The notes below the pieces were generated by a model, which was not told where the DNA came from, did not search any database, and saw nothing but the letters and a program-made list of their open reading frames with translations. DNA of 27,052 nucleotides from a virus: IMG/VR virus record IMGVR_UViG_3300045256_000094. One strand, given 5' to 3'. Position 1 is the stretch's first letter, and each line of letters opens with the position of its first letter. Of the stretch, positions 1-8,449 are shown piece after piece. The translations under genes were made by a program, and so were the position numbers.

Positions 1-7
1 TCATCCC

Positions 8-1762
8 CTACCCTAAAGGGCTGGTAGGCAGTCTCCCTCGCTCCGCTCGGTCGCTTTGCCTACCAGCATCTACGATGTAGGGGCTTTCGGCTCCGAAGAA
101 CGGTAAAAGAACATCACTACGGATCGTGGTTGCTGCGACGGCCACTTCCAAAAGATCGGTGCCCTGCACGCTAACCTTTGCAGACTCATTACCGGGGGCA
201 GAGATCAAAGTCAGGGCAGTAGGGTAAGTATCTCCGTTCGACTTCAAGACGGCGTTGCCGAGCGTCGATTCCAGATTGAGTGTACCAGTCCCCTGAGTTG
301 CACTGATGTTGATCGACGTACCGACCATCGAAATGCCAGAGAAACCAGTCTCGACATCTTCAGTGATCGTCACGGCAGGCGAGAACGCACCGGAGAGCGT
401 CAACGAGCCACCGTAGTGAGATGCGATGTTTACACTGCCGCCAGTCTCCCCGGCACGAAGGTCAACGCCGCCACCTGCCGATGGAGTACCACCGCCGAGG
501 GAAAGGGCTGCGCCGCCGTTGGCAGGCGAATTGCCACCACTAGCGATAAAGAGGCCACCGTTACCAGAAGCGTCAGATGTATCTCCCGCACCAACCGCCA
601 GCCGATTTCCATTACCCGTCCCAACTGCGGCCACATTCAAAGCTGTGTCGCCGCCGGTGAAAGAGTTGGTAAAGCTGTCTAGCCGGACAACCTTGTTGTC
701 GGAATACTTCACCACGTCCGAACTCAGCCGTGCGTCCGGGAGCGTGCCAGTCGTAATAGAAGAAGCCGAGGGTGCCGGGACAGATACCCAGGATACGACC
801 GTGCCGTCAGTTCCCAAGACCTTGCCACTATTACTGGTCTGGGCTGGAACCAAAGCGTTGATTGCGTCTGTTGCAGTAGACTGGCCCGTACCGCCCTTCG
901 TAATCGGCACGACGGTAAGTAACTTGTTCGGATCGAGGCCGGTGATAGCGAAACCATCACCTTCCAAAGTCCCGCCATACACCGTGTCGGCACTCAGACG
1001 GCCACCATTGATGGTGAGGCTGCCGTCCATCGTCACTTCAGCGTCACCGCCTTCTAGCGTGATAGCTTGACCACCAATGCTGTAGATGACGACGCTGCCG
1101 ACAGTGCCGCCAGAGTCGCCAGCCGTAAGCGTGAGGGCCGACAGATCACCATCAGAATTGACGTTCCCAGCAATCTGAACATCACTGCCGAATGTGGCGG
1201 TGCTGTTCACAGTAAGCGTGTTCGTCTCCACGCCGGAGGTTGTCACGCCGCTGGCCGAAATAATCCCGCCGGAGGTTTGGATGCCCCCGCCAACCTGGAT
1301 GTTGTCACTAAATGTCTGGTTGCCAGAGAACGTCTGGCCGATGTCCTTGCGGGCGTAGTTGGTCAAATCGACTGAGCCGGTTTCACCTTGATCGCCCGTT
1401 TCCCCCTGCGGTCCTACCAATGCTGCATTCAGTGAAACCTGTCCGCTGAACAAACGGGACACGATAGCGTCACACGTCAGGGTGGCTACCCCGCCGGTGA
1501 TTGAGCCGCCCGTGATGTGGACGTTCGTTGAGCGGCCGACGACGTTGGAGATCGACAGGAACGCACCGTTGTCGGCCGCTTCCTGCCAGAACTCGGTCTG
1601 GTCGTCTCCGTAAGCGTCAACGACAGAAACGACCAGAGTCGTGCTGCCATTGTCAAATTGCATTACGCCAGAGGCGACCGAGCCTGAGCCGGTGCCTCTG
1701 TGGTAGTTGTATAGAAATAGTGCGCCAGGACGCCCCGGCGCACCACGAAGGGAAAAGGTCAT
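8..1762 (-). CDS. Tail-fibre-like structural protein with collagen-like Gly-X-Y repeats
   Basis: 584 aa ORF, rich in G/S/T with a beta-strand-repeat character. It carries a collagen-like triplet run, GPQGETGDQGETG. Its ATG is translationally coupled to the upstream gene (stop TAA, 2 nt, ATG), which is typical of phage tail-fibre operons. Confidence 0.55.
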   Translation of the reverse strand: MTFSLRGAPGRPGALFLYNYHRGTGSGSVASGVMQFDNGSTTLVVSVVDAYGDDQTEFWQEAADNGAFLSISNVVGRSTNVHITGGSITGGVATLTCDAIVSRLFSGQVSLNAALVGPQGETGDQGETGSVDLTNYARKDIGQTFSGNQTFSDNIQVGGGIQTSGGIISASGVTTSGVETNTLTVNSTATFGSDVQIAGNVNSDGDLSALTLTAGDSGGTVGSVVIYSIGGQAITLEGGDAEVTMDGSLTINGGRLSADTVYGGTLEGDGFAITGLDPNKLLTVVPITKGGTGQSTATDAINALVPAQTSNSGKVLGTDGTVVSWVSVPAPSASSITTGTLPDARLSSDVVKYSDNKVVRLDSFTNSFTGGDTALNVAAVGTGNGNRLAVGAGDTSDASGNGGLFIASGGNSPANGGAALSLGGGTPSAGGGVDLRAGETGGSVNIASHYGGSLTLSGAFSPAVTITEDVETGFSGISMVGTSINISATQGTGTLNLESTLGNAVLKSNGDTYPTALTLISAPGNESAKVSVQGTDLLEVAVAATTIRSDVLLPFFGAESPYIVDAGRQSDRAERGRLPTSPLG

Positions 1763-1764
1763 AA

Positions 1765-2436
1765 TTACTTCTTGTAGAAGTTCGGGGACTTAGCCGTCGT
1801 CTCACGGTTCGGGACAGACAGCATGGCGACGTAGCCAGATTCCGGCAGATCGATGACATCTTCGGACTCGTGCATTCCGGTTTCGATAATATCAAGCAGG
1901 AAACCAGCCTTGTTACGGACCAGCGTGAAGTCCTTAAAGGTCTTCTTCAGGATCAGCCGCTTGCCGTTGAGAGTCAACTTGCTGTCCACCTGGAAAGTGG
2001 TCGAACTCTCTAGGTCTGGGATCGGCACGTTGTCCAGTGCGACCTTGCCGTCCTTGATAACGATGTTGTCGCCGGTGAGAACCTGCACCTGACCCTGGAC
2101 ATCGAAGCCCAGGCCGCTGCCAGCCTTCACTACCACTTGATCGTTAACGACGCCTACACCCGGACCTGGGTTTACTGCGACCTGATCCTTGTCGTTAATA
2201 ACAAGGCCCGGCCCGGTGAGGCATACGATCTTCCCGTTCCGGTGCCCGCAACCGTGTCCGGCCTTAACCCTGACGGCATAATTGTCATCAAGCTCAACGC
2301 CGTCGCCGCATTTTACGGCGATTTGCGGCACATCGGAATCGATGATTCGCTCCAGCCCCCTACCTGCGAATTCAACCAGAACATCCAGGGGAGCTTCCAA
2401 GATGTTCTTGATGGCTTTGCGAATAACTTGTCCCAT
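1765..2436 (-). CDS. Structural protein associated with the tail fibre (hypothetical)
   Basis: The ORF runs 1765-2463. I chose the internal ATG at 2436 (MGQVIRK) because it is preceded by an AGAGGAAG Shine-Dalgarno. The protein is Gly/Val-rich and repetitive, and its stop abuts the start of the fibre gene. Confidence 0.5.
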   Translation of the reverse strand: MGQVIRKAIKNILEAPLDVLVEFAGRGLERIIDSDVPQIAVKCGDGVELDDNYAVRVKAGHGCGHRNGKIVCLTGPGLVINDKDQVAVNPGPGVGVVNDQVVVKAGSGLGFDVQGQVQVLTGDNIVIKDGKVALDNVPIPDLESSTTFQVDSKLTLNGKRLILKKTFKDFTLVRNKAGFLLDIIETGMHESEDVIDLPESGYVAMLSVPNRETTAKSPNFYKK

Positions 2437-2489
2437 GTTTCTTCCTCTTACATGACGTTGCATCCATATCTATTTCGGGGGAAACAAAA

Positions 2490-3407
2490 ATGAACCAAAT
2501 AGTTACGATCACGATGGTGGGGCAGTGGCATCACGGGCTGCCACTGCACCTGGGCAACATGAAGTGGGCACTCGGGCAGTTCGTACACGAGTCCTATGTG
2601 GTTACTACCAACGAGATTAAGCGGACATACGAGAAGCTGTTCCCGAAGGTTCACTTCATCGGCGTGCCTAATAAGGGCGGCTTCATCAAGTTCTGGGACA
2701 TGTTCCCGTCAATTGTTAAGGAACACAAGATCGACGCCGACTTCTTCCTGCTCATGGAGCAGGACATCTTCTTCCACAACAAGCTCGTGTCGCTGCCACA
2801 CGACGAGCGGGAGATCGTCAATTACCTGCCGTTGAGCAAATACCACTCGATGACCGTGAACGGTGAGATTTACCACCACCGGGTCTGGGAGGGGGCCAAC
2901 ATGTTCTACGGCAAGCTCATTCACGCAGCCCTACAGGACAACATCAGCTTCTCGTTCACCCGCAACTACTTCTTCGAGAACAAGCGGCAGGAGTGGGAGA
3001 GCAAGCTGGGTGGCCCCATCGGGATGCACGACTTCAAGATTCCAGACACGATGGACGAATTGTGTTATTACTATCCGATGAAGCACAACACGGAAGCCGT
3101 TCACGAAGACAAGGCGATCCACATCCGGGGGCCGGAGACGATCCACCGGCACTTCCCCAAACTGTATCACGACATGACCCCGGCCGACATGGATTCAGTG
3201 AAGAAGAAACTCCCCTATCTCGACATCTACGTCACCCTGGCGGCGTTCTTCATCAGCGGGAACTATGAGAGCATTGATAAGTACGACATGAAGAAGATGA
3301 AGCCCGAGAACAAGGGCATGTTCAAGAGGCTTCGCTATCTGGGTCGAGAGTGGATGGACCCAGCGGCCTCAGCAAAGCTGGAGTACCTGTGCGACCTGAT
3401 TGGTTAG
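2490..3407 (+). CDS. Hypothetical His-rich protein, a lone plus-strand gene
   Basis: Intact 305 aa ORF, divergent from the fibre operon across a 53 bp region. I recognise no family motif. Confidence 0.55.
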   Translation: MNQIVTITMVGQWHHGLPLHLGNMKWALGQFVHESYVVTTNEIKRTYEKLFPKVHFIGVPNKGGFIKFWDMFPSIVKEHKIDADFFLLMEQDIFFHNKLVSLPHDEREIVNYLPLSKYHSMTVNGEIYHHRVWEGANMFYGKLIHAALQDNISFSFTRNYFFENKRQEWESKLGGPIGMHDFKIPDTMDELCYYYPMKHNTEAVHEDKAIHIRGPETIHRHFPKLYHDMTPADMDSVKKKLPYLDIYVTLAAFFISGNYESIDKYDMKKMKPENKGMFKRLRYLGREWMDPAASAKLEYLCDLIG

Positions 3408-3700
3408 ACGGCATCGACCTGAACCGCCTGAGCGAGTACGAGCGAAACCGGGTCATTCGCATGACCCCGGCCCAGCGTGGCCGTTACCGGGAGTACGGCC
3501 GAGTTAACGAACGGCAGAAACACCTGGACGCCATGCTGGAAACGCACCTAATCACCCAGCGGCAGTACAACGAAATGTTTGAGAATGAAGTCGTCTCGGT
3601 GAGGAGACGACTTCATCTCGAAGACGCAGCAGACTTCAACGAGTTCGGCTGGACGCCAGAACCAAGAGAAGCGGTGAACTGGCGTGAGGAAGGCTTCTAG
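3350..3700 (+). CDS. Hypothetical protein, start uncertain
   Basis: The ORF overlaps the 3-prime end of the previous gene by 57 nt in another frame. The start could be GTG at 3350 or ATG at 3461 (MTPAQRGRY). A frameshift fusion with the upstream gene is also possible. Confidence 0.35.
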   Translation: MDGPSGLSKAGVPVRPDWLDGIDLNRLSEYERNRVIRMTPAQRGRYREYGRVNERQKHLDAMLETHLITQRQYNEMFENEVVSVRRRLHLEDAADFNEFGWTPEPREAVNWREEGF

Positions 3701-3858
3701 CCTCCCAGGACTTCCTTCATCTCGTCAGGGCTGCGGTGGAAGATCACCCCCGCACAGTTGATCTCGAACTTACCCGGCTCTTTGCTGCTCGGCCCCATGA
3801 TGTAGCCGTAGATGCGGTAGCCGTTCTCCACCAGTTCCACCTTTGTGCCAGCGGCCAT
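3697..3858 (-). CDS. Small hypothetical protein (53 aa)
   Basis: I used the internal ATG (MAAGTKVELVENGY), which is preceded by a GAGGA Shine-Dalgarno and lies 8 nt after the stop of the upstream ORF. Confidence 0.45.
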   Translation of the reverse strand: MAAGTKVELVENGYRIYGYIMGPSSKEPGKFEINCAGVIFHRSPDEMKEVLGG

Positions 3859-3865
3859 GTTGTCC

Positions 3866-4075
3866 TCAGTAGCGGTGAAGGGATCGGTCCTTCGCCTCCT
3901 GCGCCCGCCGGAGTGCCACGTCATGTCCCGTCTCGCCCTTGTCGTTCAGGGCGTCCACGCTGTAGACAGACGTAGGCCCGTAGGTCAGGTTCTTCGCCTG
4001 CCTACGGGCGTCGTCCGAATCGACGGCATCGAAGTTGAACGTACCGTGATTCGTCGCAACACGGAACTTTGCCAC
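3866..4075 (-). CDS. Small hypothetical protein (69 aa)
   Basis: GTG start with a GGAGGA Shine-Dalgarno 5 nt upstream. It lies immediately after the RNA ligase stop. Confidence 0.5.
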   Translation of the reverse strand: MAKFRVATNHGTFNFDAVDSDDARRQAKNLTYGPTSVYSVDALNDKGETGHDVALRRAQEAKDRSLHRY

Positions 4076-4088
4076 AGCATCCTCCGGG

Positions 4089-4787
4089 TTAGAAGGTCTT
4101 ACCGCCGATGAGGCGGTTCGGAACGACAGCCTGCTTCATCCAGTGCTGCGAGGTAGTGACGTGGTTGGCACGCACATACTTCGCACACATCTTCGAGAAG
4201 TCGTCGTAGGGGATTTCGCACGTCCGGCGGATGACGTAACCCTCTGCGACGGTCGGCACGAAGTCGTCAGGATACTGCGGGTTCTCCCGAGTGGCCGTCA
4301 GTGTAGGGTACGTTCCTTTGCCTGTCCAGAGTTCACGGACGAGTTTTTCGTCCCAAATCCCCCGGTACAAAACGGGCACCGTCGTAAGCCCCAGCACCGC
4401 AGCGTATTCCTCGATGGCGTCCCACGACAGGCAGACGTTCCGCTCGTCGTAGATGCCGAACAGGAAGAAGTACGTCGGCAACTCCGTGTACAGGATGGAG
4501 TGGTAGGCGTACAGGTTCTCGCCGCAGAGCCGCCACCCCTCCGGGATTTCGTGGGCGATCTGGGCGTGGAACTGCTTCACCCAATTCCGGGACGGGTGGT
4601 GTTTGCTGTCCGGGCTACGGGCATGAATGTGGTTGTTGTACATGTTACAGTTCTCGCCGTCGAGCTTTTCTGTAACCACCACTTCATGCCCGTCGAACCG
4701 AGACGTGTCCTTCCACCACACGTCGTCGGACGTGTTGGACTCACTCCACGGGAGGTTGAACGTTCTTGGATACTTTACCGGGTCCAT
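4089..4787 (-). CDS. ATP-dependent RNA ligase-like nucleotidyltransferase
   Basis: Motif I of KxDG type, VVVTEKLDGENCNMY, sits about 40 aa from the chosen start (MDPVKYP, GGAG Shine-Dalgarno). Motif IV/V-like segments follow: LCGENLYAYHS and KYVRANHV. The N-terminal part of the longer ORF upstream of this start is Arg-rich junk. Confidence 0.6.
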   Translation of the reverse strand: MDPVKYPRTFNLPWSESNTSDDVWWKDTSRFDGHEVVVTEKLDGENCNMYNNHIHARSPDSKHHPSRNWVKQFHAQIAHEIPEGWRLCGENLYAYHSILYTELPTYFFLFGIYDERNVCLSWDAIEEYAAVLGLTTVPVLYRGIWDEKLVRELWTGKGTYPTLTATRENPQYPDDFVPTVAEGYVIRRTCEIPYDDFSKMCAKYVRANHVTTSQHWMKQAVVPNRLIGGKTF

Positions 4788-4998
4788 GTTTGATCTCCGA
4801 CAGTTGGGTACGCCCCATAGTGAAGTTCTTCTGGATGCGGACCTGCGGGTTCTCGAACGTCCAGCACTCGCCGGTGTCATCAATGAACACCACCCACTGT
4901 AGGTGATGCTCTTGTCCAAAGTCTATCAGGAAGTGGGCGTAGCCCGTGCCTTTCGGCGTCACCAACGGGATCGTTGGGTCAAGTTGAATAATAGTCAT
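4741..4998 (-). CDS. Hypothetical protein (85 aa)
   Basis: Strong GGAGGA Shine-Dalgarno 4-5 nt upstream of the ATG. It overlaps the ligase start by 47 nt. Confidence 0.5.
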   Translation of the reverse strand: MTIIQLDPTIPLVTPKGTGYAHFLIDFGQEHHLQWVVFIDDTGECWTFENPQVRIQKNFTMGRTQLSEIKHGPGKVSKNVQPPVE

Positions 4999-4999
4999 A

Positions 5000-5032
5000 A
5001 GTCCTCCAAGAATATGTATTCTTATGAGGACT
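5000..5032 (-). promoter_or_regulatory. Nested hairpin enclosing the RBS of the 4741-4998 gene
   Basis: Outer stem AGTCCTC (5000-5006) pairs with GAGGACT (5026-5032). Inner perfect palindrome AAGAATA-tg-TATTCTT (5008-5023). The TCCTCC complement of the Shine-Dalgarno lies within the stem. Confidence 0.35.
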
Positions 5033-5039
5033 CTTCAAC

Positions 5040-5444
5040 TTACGCCGTCGGCTTACTCGCCTTCTTCCTGGGGATTTTGAGAGACGGAGCGGCCAACCGC
5101 TCGGCCCCGTACTTCAACGTCCCCTCGTTCGTCGTCGTGCCGAGTATGTGGATTAACAACTGCTCAGCGAACTCCTTACTGGTGATGCAGCCGGAGTAGT
5201 CCCTGTGGGACGTGTGGCCCTCGTTGTACGCCTCGGCCCGCTTGGTGTCATACAAGCCGCCGGTGAACACCCAGCGATCATCACTGCCGCCGTACTTCCA
5301 CGCCGACGTGTACCAGAACGATCCGTCGGGGCTGACGGCAATGACCTTGACGAACGACCCTTTCCCCAGGTATTCCTTCAGGGGTGCGGGGATACGGTCG
5401 GGCGGCAAGAAGCCGTACTTGGTAGGGTCGAATTCGTATTTCAT
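5040..5444 (-). CDS. Hypothetical protein (134 aa)
   Basis: Start at MKYEFDP with an AAGGGGGAG Shine-Dalgarno. ATGA overlap with the stop of the upstream gene. Confidence 0.55.
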   Translation of the reverse strand: MKYEFDPTKYGFLPPDRIPAPLKEYLGKGSFVKVIAVSPDGSFWYTSAWKYGGSDDRWVFTGGLYDTKRAEAYNEGHTSHRDYSGCITSKEFAEQLLIHILGTTTNEGTLKYGAERLAAPSLKIPRKKASKPTA

Positions 5445-5686
5445 GACTCCCCCTTGTGACACGGGCAATACCACTGCCCCTTCTTACACACCCAGCCGTT
5501 CGCTTGGTTGGTGTCAAGCAGCTTCTTCCCGGCCTGCTTTGCCTCAGTGAGCGTCATGCAAGTCCCGAGTTCGGCAATCTGTAACGTCTGGTCGCAGTCC
5601 GGGTGGGTGCATTCCGCAAACCACTCGGGCCACTCCACAGCGTACAGTTGCCCCTTCGGGGTCTTGATGAAGGGTCTACGAGGCAT
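5441..5686 (-). CDS. Small Cys-rich putative zinc-binding protein
   Basis: Start MPRRPFIK lies 7 nt after the upstream stop. Cys/His motifs CTHPDCDQ and CKKGQWYCPCH. Confidence 0.45.
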   Translation of the reverse strand: MPRRPFIKTPKGQLYAVEWPEWFAECTHPDCDQTLQIAELGTCMTLTEAKQAGKKLLDTNQANGWVCKKGQWYCPCHKGES

Positions 5687-5942
5687 GGACTTCCACGATC
5701 TCCAGGTCGAGGTTGGTGAACTTGTTCTTGTTGTACCCGAAGTCCACACGGATGTCCGGGTAGTTGCTGCGGCCGTCCATGATGAGGATGGTCGCTGTCT
5801 GCTCGTCGGTGGTCACGAAGACCTGCCCGCCGTACTCGCTGTCCCGAAGCTCGAAGTAACTCACGGTGTCACCGTAGCTCTCTTCGTGCATCGGCTCGCC
5901 GACGAGCAGTCGCCCCGTCTTCTTGTTCTTCAGTGCGAACAT
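5676..5942 (-). CDS. Hypothetical protein (88 aa)
   Basis: Internal ATG (MFALKNKK) chosen. The upstream part of the ORF is Arg/Pro junk that overlaps the next gene. Confidence 0.45.
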   Translation of the reverse strand: MFALKNKKTGRLLVGEPMHEESYGDTVSYFELRDSEYGGQVFVTTDEQTATILIMDGRSNYPDIRVDFGYNKNKFTNLDLEIVEVHAS

Positions 5943-5944
5943 CC

Positions 5945-6850
5945 TCACTCTTTGTCCTCCTCGAAGAGAGTGTAGATCATCCCTGGGATGAAGCACTCCT
6001 CCAGGTGGTCGAGCATCGTGTGGTGGTGGATGGCGTCGTCCACCTTCTGCCCGAACTCGTCCCAACTCAGGATGTAGCCGGGGTCACGGGCATCGCCGTA
6101 GTCCATCTCGAAGCCCGCCTTTCGGTAGGCGTCGAGCGACAGCCGCTTCGGGTACTGAGTGCCGTCGTCGGCGTAATCGCCGATCCGCCACATCTCCCGG
6201 ATGGCGAACGCCCGGCCTTCTTTCGCCACGCCCTTCTTGAACTCCTCGTCTTCTTCCTTCTCGAACTTGTCGTTGGCCCGGTCGTACTTCGGGTCGTCGA
6301 AGCGGTCGTAGAACCGCCGCACGTTCAGCCGCCGCATCCCACGGCCGGACATTAGCCCGCCCTCCGCACCCGGACCACGGTTGTCGTCGTCCTTCTCCCA
6401 GACGTAGAGGAAGTTGTAGTTCTGGGTCGTGTGGCAGACGACCTTGTACGAGTTGTGCCGCTCGTACCACACCCGGTCGTCGCCGTCGTTGAAGTCCCTC
6501 GACTTCTTCTCGCTGCTGATCTTCCGCCGCACCAGTTCGTCGTAGATGCGGTTCAGTTGATCCATCATGGCGGGCATGCGCATTGCCCAGAACTTCTCGG
6601 CCGTCCATTGGAGGGCCAGGGCACCGCACTTCCCGTCTTGCAGGTATTGCCCGAGGATCGTGGACACGTTGATCGTGTCGTCGGCACTGAACGCCTTCTG
6701 GAATGCAGCCAGAGCAGTCGCCCGCTCTGCTTCTTCCTTTTGCATCCGCTGCCAGTAGTCGTCCAGCACCTTCTCCCCGGCGTCGGTGAGCTTGGGAGTC
6801 GGCTTCTTTGTTGCCGCCTTTTTGGTCGGCTTCTTCTTGGCCTTAGCCAT
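5945..6850 (-). CDS. Hypothetical protein with a lysine-rich N-terminal tail
   Basis: 301 aa. N-terminus MAKAKKKPTKKAATKKPTPK. GGGGAG Shine-Dalgarno. Starts 1 nt after the smpB stop. Confidence 0.6.
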   Translation of the reverse strand: MAKAKKKPTKKAATKKPTPKLTDAGEKVLDDYWQRMQKEEAERATALAAFQKAFSADDTINVSTILGQYLQDGKCGALALQWTAEKFWAMRMPAMMDQLNRIYDELVRRKISSEKKSRDFNDGDDRVWYERHNSYKVVCHTTQNYNFLYVWEKDDDNRGPGAEGGLMSGRGMRRLNVRRFYDRFDDPKYDRANDKFEKEEDEEFKKGVAKEGRAFAIREMWRIGDYADDGTQYPKRLSLDAYRKAGFEMDYGDARDPGYILSWDEFGQKVDDAIHHHTMLDHLEECFIPGMIYTLFEEDKE

Positions 6851-6851
6851 G

Positions 6852-7307
6852 TTATTCTCCCCGCTCCTGGTCCCGTTGTTGGTCCCGCTTCTTGATCGTC
6901 TCCCGCTTGTCGTACTCCTTCTTACCCTTGACGACAGCGAGGATGACCTTCGCCTTGCCGCTCTTGATGATGACCCGGAGCGGGACGATGGTGAACCCCT
7001 TCTGCTCGGCCTTCTCGGCGAACTTGGCGATCTCGGCTTTCTTCAGTAAAAGCTTCCGCCGCCGTTCGGGTTCGTGGGTGACGTTCTTGGCGTTCTCGTA
7101 TGGCTCGATCTTGCACTTCACGAGCCAGACTTCCCCGTCCTTCACTTCGGCGTAGCTGCCGTCCAGGGAAATCTTGTGGGCACGAATGCTCTTGATCTCG
7201 TAACCCCGCAGCACCATCCCTGCCTCGACGGTATCGAGGATTTCGTAGTTGTACTCGGCTTTACGGTTGGTGGTAATCGTCACCACCGGCTGCGGTTCGT
7301 TCGACAT
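6852..7307 (-). CDS. smpB: SsrA-binding protein SmpB
   Basis: Characteristic SmpB segments: NRKAEYNYEI...AGMVLRGYEIKSIR, HEPERRRKLLLKKAEI, GFTIVPLRVIIKSGKAKVILAVVKGKK. Length 151 aa. GGAGGGG Shine-Dalgarno. Confidence 0.85.
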   Translation of the reverse strand: MSNEPQPVVTITTNRKAEYNYEILDTVEAGMVLRGYEIKSIRAHKISLDGSYAEVKDGEVWLVKCKIEPYENAKNVTHEPERRRKLLLKKAEIAKFAEKAEQKGFTIVPLRVIIKSGKAKVILAVVKGKKEYDKRETIKKRDQQRDQERGE

Positions 7308-7318
7308 AGCCCCTCCAC

Positions 7319-7358
7319 GAAAAAGCCACGCTGGTAAAGTATACCAACCAGCGTGGCT
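7319..7358 (-). terminator. Intrinsic terminator or attenuator hairpin upstream of smpB
   Basis: Perfect 11 bp inverted repeat, AGCCACGCTGG (7324-7334) with CCAGCGTGGCT (7348-7358), and a 13 nt loop. On the minus strand it is followed by TTTTT, then the smpB Shine-Dalgarno. Confidence 0.45.
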
Positions 7359-7382
7359 GAGGTTGTCAGGCTGATTCCGGCG

Positions 7383-7766
7383 TTACTCGGCGGCAGCCGT
7401 CTCCTTGTCTTCCTTGTCCTTGTTCTCAGCCGCCTTCGCCTCGATGGAGGCCAGGGACTCGCCCCGTGCCAGCGCCTCGATCTTGGTGACGATCTTGCCC
7501 ATCTCCTTGTTGTGCTTCTTCTTCTCGGCGTTGAACCGCCGCTCGACTTCCTCCCACTTCGACTGGTTCTCGAACGCCTGCTCGAACAGCTTGGTGGCGG
7601 CGTCGAGGGCAGCCGCCTCCTTCTTCTTCTTGACGTTGAGCAGGGCTTGGGCGAACACGCCGCCCACGTTCGGGTCGGCGACCGGCGTGTCCTTCGTCGG
7701 GTGGAAGCCGATCAGCTTCACCAACCGGGACAGCGGGTCATTCTGGTTCTGGTTCTCGTCGGCCAT
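7383..7766 (-). CDS. Hypothetical charged (K/E-rich) protein
   Basis: 127 aa. AGGAGGGG Shine-Dalgarno. Confidence 0.55.
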   Translation of the reverse strand: MADENQNQNDPLSRLVKLIGFHPTKDTPVADPNVGGVFAQALLNVKKKKEAAALDAATKLFEQAFENQSKWEEVERRFNAEKKKHNKEMGKIVTKIEALARGESLASIEAKAAENKDKEDKETAAAE

Positions 7767-7807
7767 CTGGGTTGCCCCTCCTGTTGGGCATGAGTAGAAA
7801 CAGTCAC

Positions 7808-8449
7808 TTACGTTCCAGCCAACTCCTCAGCGACATCGACCATCTTGGCGATGATCTTCTCGCCTTCGGCGTTGATCGTTTGAGCCTCGGCGATGATGGT
7901 GTCCATCACGGCGAGCGAGGCGTCCAAGTTCTTGATGTCTCGTTCGATATCGGCCTGAAGCGTCAGGCCAGAGGCCGAAGCTGATCCGGCATGCACTCGT
8001 GCCTCCGTAGCCCACTTGTGGACTTGTTCGATGGTGACGTAACTCTGGTGCCAACCCGACGGCTTGTTGCCGTCAGGTGTGCCGTTGGGAATGCCGATAT
8101 CGTACCACAGCGCCTTGTCGCACAGGGCGGTGACGTAGTTGTTCTTGATGATGCTGCTGTCGATCTTGTAGCCGATGTGCCTGCGGAGGCACACCACGAA
8201 ATGCTGCACACGCTCGATCCGGTCGGCCTTGATGTGTTCCCGCCGGACAATCTCTTTTGCGGAGTTAATGGCTGCGGAGATGGCTTCAACGATCTTCATG
8301 TCGTAATGGTTGCTCATGACCATCTCGAAGTTATCTGGGTTGAGAACGTTCTTGAACACTTGCCGCTCCCGCTTCTTCACGAGCTTGTGTCGCTTCCAGT
8401 AAGCGGTCGAGCCTTGTCTTGGTGGTGCGTCCATGTGCATCCAGAACAT
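7808..8449 (-). CDS. Hypothetical protein (213 aa)
   Basis: Intact ORF. The start is uncertain, since it overlaps the 3-prime end of the upstream gene by 72 nt. Confidence 0.5.
   Translation of the reverse strand: MFWMHMDAPPRQGSTAYWKRHKLVKKRERQVFKNVLNPDNFEMVMSNHYDMKIVEAISAAINSAKEIVRREHIKADRIERVQHFVVCLRRHIGYKIDSSIIKNNYVTALCDKALWYDIGIPNGTPDGNKPSGWHQSYVTIEQVHKWATEARVHAGSASASGLTLQADIERDIKNLDASLAVMDTIIAEAQTINAEGEKIIAKMVDVAEELAGT

Noticed and set aside
426-1070. 214 aa Pro-rich plus-strand ORF, plus other ORFs, antisense to the tail-fibre gene
   Set aside because: It is a low-complexity Pro/Ala/Arg translation of the GC-rich antisense strand of a well-supported gene, with no Shine-Dalgarno.
7808-8449. 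Possible HEPN-like Rx5H motif, RIERVQH, in the 213 aa ORF
   Set aside because: A single short motif with no other support. Left as hypothetical.
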